This document shows, piece by piece, positions 1 to 6,766 of a DNA stretch of 9,461 nt. The stretch's first letter is position 1. Every line of letters starts with the position of its first letter. The notes under the pieces are model-generated. The model did not search any database. It had not been told where the DNA came from and saw nothing but the letters and a program-made list of their open reading frames with translations. Position numbers and translations under genes: made by a program. This DNA comes from a virus (taxonomy: Duplodnaviria > Heunggongvirae > Uroviricota > Caudoviricetes): the IMG/VR virus record IMGVR_UViG_2565956711_000008; one strand, written 5' to 3'.

Positions 1-1236
1 CTATGATAACCGCGCATTCAACATGGCTACCTGTTCGTCGTTCATGTCATCAATCCACATACCGTAAATTTCATACACCATCTGCGCAGTTTCATGCCCC
101 ATTTGGCTGGCTATAAATGCCGGGTTCGCTCCTGCCGTCAACAGCCAGCAGGCAAAAGTATGCCGCGTATGGTACGGATTACGGCGGCGAATACCAGCAC
201 GTTTTACTGCTGCATTCCACCTTGCCCCCAAACTGCTTACCGAGTAATAAGGTTTTTGTTTTCCGTTACACACCCTGGGCATGAAAACAAAATGCAGTTT
301 TTGCTTTTCGGTTCTGCCGTACTCCCGATGATAAAAGGTGATTTCGCTTTTGCGATGATGCCCGGTCAGTTTGTATTGCTCCTTCAGTGCTTCAAGAGCA
401 GGCTGCAGTAGTGTTACCGTCCGGATCCCCGCATTTGTTTTTGGGGGACCGAACATATCCAGTATCGTCAGGTTTCTTCTGACATTCACAACTCCCTTCT
501 CGAAATCCACATCCTCCCACGCCAGAGCAGCCAGTTCCCCGTGACGAAGCCCGGAGTATACGGCAAATTTCCACAAGTTCTGGCTCTGTCCTTTTTCACT
601 TTCCATTAATGCATTGAATTCTGTTTTAGATAACGGGTCAGGCTTTATTCTGTTTCTCTGTAATTTCTTTACTCCTTCAAATGGTTTGGTTGATATAAAT
701 CCCGACTGATACGCAAAACGTAACAACGAACAGAGCAGGGCGATATAGTTATCAACTGTGCGCACGGTTCTTCCTTTTTTGTTGGATCTTGGATTATCCA
801 GGTAAAGCGTTTCTCCATGCAGCAGTTCATTCCGGTAGTTTAAGATATCGCTATAACGAATATGCGATATCGGAGTACTCTCACAAATTATTATCCTGAG
901 TGTTTTTAATTGTGATTTCGTTTTCTTCATTGTGTTTGTTGTTAACTCTGTTTCTTTAATTTTTGTCCAGATATCACAAAGCTCCCCGAACGTTTTTATG
1001 ACCCTCGTTGTCACCATTTTTGCCCCAGTGCTGGACTGGGGAAAACGTCTTAAATACTCAAACTCACCGGAATTGATTTCATGAACTATCAACGCTCTTA
1101 AATTCCCGGCTTTTTTAATGTTACTGTTAGTAACCTCCCAGCCTTTCAATGTTTCCCGACATCGTTTTCCTCGAAACATGAACCAGATGCGAATGTATTT
1201 ACCTCGAATCTCGACACCTGTTGGTAATTTAGACAT
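1..1236 (-). CDS. intR: Tyrosine-type site-specific integrase, Rac prophage IntR-like
   Basis: Uninterrupted 411-aa ORF with stop at 1-3 and ATG at 1234-1236. N-terminus MSKLPTGVEIRGKYIRIWF and overall sequence match my recollection of Rac IntR. C-terminal region carries the tyrosine-recombinase signature (HTRHTFACWL ... YEIYGMW). An excisionase-like ORF ends 2 nt upstream, the usual xis-int arrangement. Confidence 0.93.
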   Translation of the reverse strand: MSKLPTGVEIRGKYIRIWFMFRGKRCRETLKGWEVTNSNIKKAGNLRALIVHEINSGEFEYLRRFPQSSTGAKMVTTRVIKTFGELCDIWTKIKETELTTNTMKKTKSQLKTLRIIICESTPISHIRYSDILNYRNELLHGETLYLDNPRSNKKGRTVRTVDNYIALLCSLLRFAYQSGFISTKPFEGVKKLQRNRIKPDPLSKTEFNALMESEKGQSQNLWKFAVYSGLRHGELAALAWEDVDFEKGVVNVRRNLTILDMFGPPKTNAGIRTVTLLQPALEALKEQYKLTGHHRKSEITFYHREYGRTEKQKLHFVFMPRVCNGKQKPYYSVSSLGARWNAAVKRAGIRRRNPYHTRHTFACWLLTAGANPAFIASQMGHETAQMVYEIYGMWIDDMNDEQVAMLNARLS

Positions 1237-1237
1237 A

Positions 1238-1453
1238 TCATGAGTCTTTGATAAACTGATTTATCTTTGGATAGTTATACCAGATAATCCCTCGCTTACT
1301 GTCTGGCTTCCCTAAAGGAGATACTCGTTTGAAGTGGAAGCCTTCCACCCAACAGTTCTGGCGGTATGCTTCAATTTGTCTGGCCCCCAGACCAGTGCGA
1401 AGCATCAGGCCGTATTCAACCATCCACTCTTCATTAAAGATTACTTGTGCCAT
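1238..1453 (-). CDS. xisR: Excisionase-like small protein (Rac XisR/YdaQ-like), 71 aa
   Basis: ORF in the track spans 1238-1477 from a TTG. The in-frame ATG at 1451-1453 ([14 protein letters not shown]...) is preceded by AGGTGA 5 nt upstream, so I take that as the start. Stop TGA at 1238-1240 lies 2 nt before the int ATG. Small and int-adjacent; name by recollection of Rac ydaQ. Confidence 0.72.
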   Translation of the reverse strand: MAQVIFNEEWMVEYGLMLRTGLGARQIEAYRQNCWVEGFHFKRVSPLGKPDSKRGIIWYNYPKINQFIKDS

Positions 1454-1490
1454 CGCATCACCTCTGGCAGGCGCCAATGTTAGACTTAAA

Positions 1491-1518
1491 TTGACGCCCG
1501 ATGTTGATTATTAATAAT
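1491..1518 (+). promoter_or_regulatory. Candidate sigma70 promoter on the plus strand, reading antisense into ydaC/ralR
   Basis: TTGACG at 1491-1496, 16-nt spacer, AATAAT at 1513-1518 (5/6 matches to each consensus hexamer). Lies in the 99-bp gap between xis and ydaC. Sequence match only; AT-rich intergenic DNA gives such matches by chance. Confidence 0.3.
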
Positions 1519-1552
1519 CAGCTATGAAGTTTTAATTTGAATACAATGCAAT

Positions 1553-1741
1553 TCACGAGGACTGAAGTTTCTCGCAATTAAAATTTATCAGTTTTACTTT
1601 CTGCTCTCTGGAAACGCCTGCTTCTTTTTTACCTGAGAGCATTTTTTCGCATTCTGATTTCGTTAGTTTAGATTTTGAATATCTTGTCCAGTTAGTAGGA
1701 GTGCCACCTTCCTTTTCAATAGTGGCGGTAATTTTATACAT
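1553..1741 (-). CDS. ydaC: Small Rac prophage protein of unknown function (YdaC-like), 62 aa
   Basis: ORF MYKITATIEKEGGTPTNWTRYSKSKLTKSECEKMLSGKKEAGVSREQKVKLINFNCEKLQSS. ATG at 1739-1741 is preceded by GGAGGTG and is embedded in the last codons of the ralR frame (overlapping genes). Position between xis and ralR matches the Rac gene order I recall. Confidence 0.6.
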   Translation of the reverse strand: MYKITATIEKEGGTPTNWTRYSKSKLTKSECEKMLSGKKEAGVSREQKVKLINFNCEKLQSS

Positions 1742-1928
1742 GAACACCTCCATTATTATTTCCAGTGGTTCGTTTATTTCATCGTTCGAGTGCTTCTTTT
1801 TCACTTCCACCATAACCGGTTCGGGATTCGCATCCGTTACACTTCGCTCGGTAATATCCTGAAATGGCTTTCACCGTTACTGATGGACAACCACAAAATG
1901 GACATGGTTTAACATTGTCATATCTCAT
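1734..1928 (-). pseudogene. ralR: RalR (Lar) type I toxin / restriction-alleviation gene with an internal in-frame TGA
   Basis: From ATG 1926-1928 the frame reads MRYDNVKPCPFCGCPSVTVKAISGYYRAKCNGCESRTGYGGSEKEALER, then TGA at 1779-1781, then continues open as NKRTTGNNNGGVHV to TAA at 1734-1736, overlapping the ydaC ATG. My recollection of RalR has Trp (TGG) at the stop position, so this looks like a TGG-to-TGA change giving a 49-aa product. Confidence 0.62.
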
Positions 1929-1955
1929 AATTTTTCTCATAAAAATATTTCAAGT

Positions 1956-1976
1956 TGGCGGTGCATTACACCGCCA
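1956..1976 (-). other. Inverted repeat / RNA hairpin between recT stop and ralR start
   Basis: TGGCGGTG (1956-1963), loop CATTA, CACCGCCA (1969-1976): a perfect 8-bp GC-rich stem. On the minus-strand transcript it is followed after 6 nt by AAUAUUUUU. Could be a weak terminator or an attenuator upstream of ralR. Confidence 0.25.
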
Positions 1977-1996
1977 GGCTGAATTATTCCTCTGAA

Positions 1997-2794
1997 TTAT
2001 CGATTACACTGTATTCCCCCGGTTAATACAGAGGAATCTGCAGGATCGATTGTCAGTGGTTCCTTTTCATCCATTGATACTGCACGCTGGATCTCAATTG
2101 ATACGGGCAGATATTTGAACAGGCGACGAATAGCCGTTTTCTTTGCCATTTCTTCCCAGTGAGTTACCCACGGCCCGTTATTACCAGCTTTACTCTGGCT
2201 GCGCACCAGCTCAATCTGTTTGCGCGTCATAACTTCAAACTGAGTACCTCCGTCTTTCAGTCTTGCGACAGCATAGACGTGGGTAACAGGGGCATCTTCG
2301 TTTTCTCCTGGGCGGTGTATTAACTTTTCATCAAGGCCAAATTCGAAATTAAACTCGTCACCTTCACGGACAACACGGGCTGACAAGCTGGCGATTTGAC
2401 CTGAACGGCGAGCCAGATCAATCATGCCGCGATAGCCAATGATTAGCTGAACGTTTTTTTTACCGCTCTTTTCGTTTTTATTACCAAAAGGCAGTAAATA
2501 TGCATGACCGAGGGCGCTACCGGGCTCAAGTCCGAGCTGTGAACACTGTACGATTGCACTGACAAAACTCATAGTGTCACAGTTTCCTAACGCCGGAACT
2601 TTACGAATTTCTGTGGTGGCGATACGGATCATACGTTCAGCCGTCATATGGCGTGGAAGAGCTGCTGCCAGTTGCTCTTTCATTGATGGCTGGTTAATAA
2701 AACTAATCACGTCGTTATTTTTAATTGCTGCTGGTGCACGGTTTCCCTGAGTTTTTTGCAGATCGGCTTTTGCGATTGGTGGTTGCTTAGTCAT
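1997..2794 (-). CDS. recT: RecT single-strand annealing recombinase, with altered C-terminal tail
   Basis: ORF from ATG 2792-2794 ([21 protein letters not shown]...) to TAA 1997-1999; AAGGAA lies upstream. Start overlaps the recE stop (ATGACTAAG), the classical recE-recT coupling. Matches my recollection of RecT except the last residues, which read GIQCNR instead of [10 protein letters not shown]. Confidence 0.9.
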   Translation of the reverse strand: MTKQPPIAKADLQKTQGNRAPAAIKNNDVISFINQPSMKEQLAAALPRHMTAERMIRIATTEIRKVPALGNCDTMSFVSAIVQCSQLGLEPGSALGHAYLLPFGNKNEKSGKKNVQLIIGYRGMIDLARRSGQIASLSARVVREGDEFNFEFGLDEKLIHRPGENEDAPVTHVYAVARLKDGGTQFEVMTRKQIELVRSQSKAGNNGPWVTHWEEMAKKTAIRRLFKYLPVSIEIQRAVSMDEKEPLTIDPADSSVLTGGIQCNR

Positions 2795-4137
2795 TTGCAT
2801 ATTCCTTAGCCCAGCGGGGCAGTGATAACGTCTTAATAGCTGGCCATTCATCGGTATTGAGGCAGTCAGCCAGGGTTCGCAGATTGCGGTGATATTCCAG
2901 CTGACCTGCCAGTTTTGCTTCTTCGCCCATCATGAAAATTTCAACCGGATAACGTCCGCATTCAATAGTTGTGCTGGCAACCAGAAAAACGAAAGTTGGC
3001 TGCACTCCAAACTGTGCTTCATAACCGTCACTGTAGAATGCATCCTGAACGTGATAGCGGTAGTCGTAATAAGCGGTTTTGAATCGTTGAATATCCGCCG
3101 TAGTTTTCACGTCCATGATCCAGTGAAATTCAGGGATAATTTTGTCCGGACGGCACCGACACAAAATTGCTGTTTCAGGATCTTCCCAGTAAATTGATGA
3201 TTCAGCGTGTCCGGCGCTTTCAACAAGCCATTGCCCCAGCGGCAAAGCCATAACGCTCTGATACATGAGTTCAATTTTCCGGCCTTCTTCGGCAGTGATA
3301 ACCGTTTTTCCTGTGCTTGCGCATTCCCTCAGAAACGCTTTCTCTTCTTCTTTTCCGGAGTTTGTCCGGCGGTTAAATTCAGGTGCTACGATAAAGCGGT
3401 TACTGAATTCTTCCGGCTCAAGTACCCGGCAGTGGAAAGCGGTTCCTAAATCGAGCGTTTTTGTCTTTGTGGTGTCCACGGGGGCATTTTTACGCCACAA
3501 ATACAGTGCCGGAGTATCAGCAATGTCATCGAGCTGAGACTTACTGACACCGGGACCCGCGTGGTAATTCTCATTCGAAATTCCGTAATAAATACCTGGC
3601 TCTATGTCTTCTACGATTACGGGATCTGCGACTTCGCCAGTTTCATCACTGCAATCGCGATGCGGATCGCTGCCAGCATTCTCATTGTGCGGATGTTCAG
3701 CGCCTTCCATTTCCTCCGGATCATTTTCCTTAGCTTCAACCTGACTCTCTTCATCGAATGTTTCCTGGTATGTTGCGTCGCCCATCACCGCACCACAGTC
3801 AGGGCAGTTATCCCCGCCAGTCTGGCCGCAGGCATTGCAGGCTATTTCCGGTTCCTGTTGCACTACTGGCTCAGGTTGATTCATATCCGGGCTGGTTTTT
3901 TCCGTTTCTGGCTGGTTCTGGTACACACAATCGCGAGTCTGGATCCCCTTTACCCATTTCGGATCGTTCGGGTCGCTAATTCCGTCAACAAATTCACCAC
4001 GTGATGCAGCAAGCAATTTATCGGCATCGACAGGATTTTTTGATGGAATGTTTTTCCGGGCTTCATGGAGTTCTGCCCGCAGTTCCTGATATTTCGCATC
4101 AACAGAATTTACCTGTGACTGAGCATCCAGCGGCTGG
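2787..4137 (-). pseudogene. recE: 5'-truncated recE (exonuclease VIII) remnant retaining the complete C-terminal nuclease domain
   Basis: Minus-strand frame is open from the stop at 4182-4184 down to TAA 2787-2789. Translation from about 4137 downward ([23 protein letters not shown]...[10 protein letters not shown]...[13 protein letters not shown]) matches roughly the C-terminal half of RecE as I recall it. No recE N-terminal half is present; upstream the frame runs into antisense IS1. First in-frame start is the TTG at 4014-4016, with no obvious Shine-Dalgarno. Confidence 0.85.
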
Positions 4138-4351
4138 CTGGCCGCTGTATGAATCCCGCCTGAAGGGAAAGCTGCACGTAATCAGCAAGCGATATACGCA
4201 GCGAATTGAGCGGCATAACCTGAATCTGAGGCAGCACCTGGCACGGCTGGGACGGAAGTCGCTGTCGTTCTCAAAATCGGTGGAGCTGCATGACAAAGTC
4301 ATCGGGCATTATCTGAACATAAAACACTATCAATAAGTTGGAGTCATTACC
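4135..4351 (+). mobile_element. Partial IS1 (3' terminal ~217 bp: insB 3' end and right terminal inverted repeat)
   Basis: Plus-strand translation [66 protein letters not shown] equals the C-terminus of IS1 InsB as I recall it. It is followed by the IS1 terminal sequence AAGTTGGAGTCATTACC ending at 4351. The rest of IS1 is absent. Confidence 0.85.
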
Positions 4352-4551
4352 GCGCTCTTTACTCATTCGTTTACAACGTGGGTGCTGGCAATTTCAGAAC
4401 ATCGACGCTTCTTCGCAAAATAAACCAGGGCGATATCAAAGGCGCATGTGATCAGCTACGTCGCTGGACATATGCTGGCGGTAAGCAATGGAAAGGTCTC
4501 ATGACTCGTCGTGAGATTGAGCGTGAAATCTGTTTGTGGGGTCAGCAATGA
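4352..4551 (+). pseudogene. 3' fragment of a lambdoid phage lysozyme (endolysin R-like) gene, truncated by IS1
   Basis: Immediately after the IS1 end the frame reads [65 protein letters not shown], the C-terminus of the lysozyme family I recall from E. coli lambdoid prophages. Stop TGA at 4549-4551 overlaps the Rz ATG (ATGA). No N-terminal catalytic part and no start codon. Confidence 0.8.
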
Positions 4552-5012
4552 ACAGAGTAACCGCGATTATCTCCGCTCTGGTTATCTGCATCATCGTCTG
4601 CCTGTCATGGGCTGTTAATCATTACCGTGATAACGCCATTACCTACAAAGCCCAGCGCGACAAAAATGCCAGAGAACTGAAGCTGGCGTACGCGGCAATT
4701 ACTGACATGCAGATGCGTCAGCGTGATGTTGCTGCGCTCGATGCAAAATACACGAAGGAGTTAGCTGATGCGAAAGCTGAAAATGATGCTCTGCGTGATG
4801 ATGTTGCCGCTGGTCGTCGTCGGTTGCACATCAAAGCAGTCTGTCAGTCAGTGCGTGAAGCCACCACCGCCTCCGGCGTGGATAATGCAGCCTCCCCCCG
4901 ACTGGCAGACACCGCTGAACGGGATTATTTCACCCTCCGGGAACGACTGGTAATGATGCAGGCCCAACTTGAAGGTGCTCAGCAATACATAACCGAGCAG
5001 TGTTTAAAGTAA
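4548..5012 (+). CDS. rzpR: Rz-like inner-membrane spanin, 154 aa
   Basis: [55 protein letters not shown]... is near-identical to lambda Rz as I recall it: N-terminal transmembrane helix, coiled-coil periplasmic domain. ATG overlaps the lysozyme-fragment stop. Confidence 0.88.
   Translation: MNRVTAIISALVICIIVCLSWAVNHYRDNAITYKAQRDKNARELKLAYAAITDMQMRQRDVAALDAKYTKELADAKAENDALRDDVAAGRRRLHIKAVCQSVREATTASGVDNAASPRLADTAERDYFTLRERLVMMQAQLEGAQQYITEQCLK
4768..4953 (+). CDS. rzoR: Rz1-like outer-membrane lipoprotein spanin, embedded in the +1 frame of Rz
   Basis: [57 protein letters not shown]...: signal peptide with lipobox (VVGC) and the proline-rich mature region typical of lambda Rz1. Wholly nested inside Rz. 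Confidence 0.85.
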   Translation: MRKLKMMLCVMMLPLVVVGCTSKQSVSQCVKPPPPPAWIMQPPPDWQTPLNGIISPSGNDW

Positions 5013-5149
5013 AATCTTAACTACAATATGATTCATTTTGATGATTGTTTCATAAGGAACAGTGAAGTAAGATCTAAGAGGAGTTAAATTTTATACAGTA
5101 TAATCATAATATTGCAGCAAGGTGGTTATAATTGAAAGAATATTTAGAT
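5013..5149 (+). promoter_or_regulatory. AT-rich upstream region of trkG (promoter not resolved)
   Basis: 137-bp strongly AT-rich gap. Consensus -10 hexamer TATAAT at 5099-5104 but no convincing -35 at the right spacing. AAGGTGG at 5119-5125. Confidence 0.3.
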
Positions 5150-6607
5150 ATGAATACATCTCATGTAAGAGTTGTTACTCATATGTGTGGGTTCTTGGTT
5201 TGGCTCTATAGTCTTTCAATGTTGCCACCAATGGTTGTAGCATTGTTTTATAAAGAAAAAAGCCTGTTCGTTTTCTTTATAACTTTCGTTATATTTTTTT
5301 GCATTGGTGGCGGAGCGTGGTATACAACTAAGAAATCTGGCATTCAATTACGTACCCGTGATGGGTTTATTATAATTGTAATGTTTTGGATTTTGTTTTC
5401 TGTTATTAGTGCATTCCCTTTATGGATTGACTCAGAACTTAATTTAACGTTCATTGATGCTCTGTTTGAAGGGGTTTCTGGAATAACAACAACAGGAGCA
5501 ACTGTAATTGATGATGTTAGTTCATTACCTCGGGCATATTTGTACTATCGGTCACAGTTAAATTTTATAGGTGGTTTAGGAGTTATTGTTCTGGCGGTTG
5601 CAGTATTGCCATTATTGGGTATTGGTGGTGCAAAGCTTTATCAGTCAGAAATGCCGGGGCCATTTAAGGATGACAAACTCACTCCCCGCCTGGCCGATAC
5701 GTCACGGACACTGTGGATAACTTATTCTTTATTAGGTATTGCTTGTATTGTCTGTTATAGACTTGCAGGAATGCCTTTGTTTGATGCTATTTGTCACGGG
5801 ATTTCCACAGTTTCGCTTGGTGGTTTCTCAACTCATAGCGAGAGTATCGGATATTTTAATAACTATTTGGTTGAGCTGGTGGCTGGTTCTTTTTCCCTGC
5901 TATCGGCTTTCAACTTCACTCTTTGGTATATTGTTATTAGCAGAAAAACGATAAAACCTTTAATCAGAGATATTGAACTTCGTTTCTTTCTGTTAATAGC
6001 CTTAGGGGTGATCATTGTTACCTCTTTCCAGGTCTGGCATATAGGTATGTATGACTTGCATGGAAGTTTTATTCATTCGTTTTTTCTTGCCAGCTCCATG
6101 CTCACTGATAATGGTTTAGCTACGCAGGATTATGCAAACTGGCCCACGCACACGATAGTGTTTTTGCTGTTGTCAAGTTTCTTTGGGGGATGTATAGGTT
6201 CAACCTGTGGTGGAATTAAGTCACTTCGATTTCTTATACTTTTCAAACAAAGCAAACACGAGATAAATCAGCTTTCTCATCCCAGAGCGTTGTTGAGTGT
6301 AAATGTAGGAGGGAAGATAGTTACAGATCGTGTAATGAGGTCTGTATGGAGTTTCTTTTTTCTTTATACTCTCTTCACGGTGTTTTTTATACTGGTGTTA
6401 AATGGTATGGGATATGATTTTCTTACATCATTTGCAACAGTGGCTGCATGTATTAATAATATGGGATTAGGTTTTGGGGCTACTGCATCGTCATTCGGAG
6501 TGCTTAATGACATTGCAAAGTATTTAATGTGCATAGCTATGATTCTTGGTCGCCTTGAAATTTATCCTGTTATTATATTGTTTTCAGGTTTTTTTTGGCG
6601 CTCCTAA
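5150..6607 (+). CDS. trkG: TrkG potassium uptake protein (TrkH/TrkG family), 485 aa
   Basis: ORF MNTSHVRVVTHMCGFLVWLYSLSMLPP... to TAA 6605-6607, matching my recollection of Rac TrkG. Multi-pass membrane protein with the family glycine motifs (e.g. TTTGATV, GGLG). Markedly AT-rich relative to flanking phage genes. The ORF is also open from TTG 5132, which has a better-spaced Shine-Dalgarno. Confidence 0.9.
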   Translation: MNTSHVRVVTHMCGFLVWLYSLSMLPPMVVALFYKEKSLFVFFITFVIFFCIGGGAWYTTKKSGIQLRTRDGFIIIVMFWILFSVISAFPLWIDSELNLTFIDALFEGVSGITTTGATVIDDVSSLPRAYLYYRSQLNFIGGLGVIVLAVAVLPLLGIGGAKLYQSEMPGPFKDDKLTPRLADTSRTLWITYSLLGIACIVCYRLAGMPLFDAICHGISTVSLGGFSTHSESIGYFNNYLVELVAGSFSLLSAFNFTLWYIVISRKTIKPLIRDIELRFFLLIALGVIIVTSFQVWHIGMYDLHGSFIHSFFLASSMLTDNGLATQDYANWPTHTIVFLLLSSFFGGCIGSTCGGIKSLRFLILFKQSKHEINQLSHPRALLSVNVGGKIVTDRVMRSVWSFFFLYTLFTVFFILVLNGMGYDFLTSFATVAACINNMGLGFGATASSFGVLNDIAKYLMCIAMILGRLEIYPVIILFSGFFWRS

Positions 6608-6693
6608 TATATGGCTGATTTATAATTGTGAGTTTAATATTATGTTGACTCACTCATTGATCCAATACCTAACTTTACCAGCAACACCTCCGC

Positions 6694-6729
6694 CCCCAGC
6701 AGCACTGGCTGCTGGGGTGCGTTTTATTC
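6694..6729 (+). terminator. Rho-independent terminator downstream of trkG
   Basis: Perfect 10-bp GC-rich stem CCCCAGCAGC (6694-6703), loop ACTG, GCTGCTGGGG (6708-6717), then TGCGTTTTATTC. Begins 87 nt after the trkG stop. Confidence 0.55.
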
Positions 6730-6766
6730 ATAAAGCAAGGCTGTATGAGCGAGAAATTAAAGATAG

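Noticed and set aside
94-574. ORFs 94-411 (+) and 392-574 (-) inside the integrase gene
   Set aside because: Nested within or antisense to the integrase ORF, whose translation is conserved end to end; spurious.
1329-1514. 61-aa plus-strand ORF antisense to the excisionase gene
   Set aside because: Overlaps xis in antisense with no independent support. The nearby plus-strand promoter candidate lies downstream of its start.
2889-4004. Several plus-strand ORFs (2889-3197, 3207-3449, 3265-3537, 3561-4004, 3758-3979)
   Set aside because: All lie antisense to the well-supported recE coding sequence, have no ribosome-binding sites I could see, and have hydrophobic or low-complexity translations typical of antisense frames.
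4099-4302. 67-aa minus-strand ORF across the recE/IS1 junction
   Set aside because: Different frame from recE and antisense to the IS1 insB fragment; cysteine/arginine-rich translation with no homology I recognise.
4001-4336. 111-aa plus-strand ORF that at first looked like an unannotated protein
   Set aside because: It is a composite: its first part is antisense to the recE coding frame and its last ~65 residues are the C-terminus of IS1 InsB. It is created by the deletion junction, not a gene.
5739-5954. 71-aa ORF inside trkG
   Set aside because: Alternative frame of an AT-rich membrane-protein gene; spurious.
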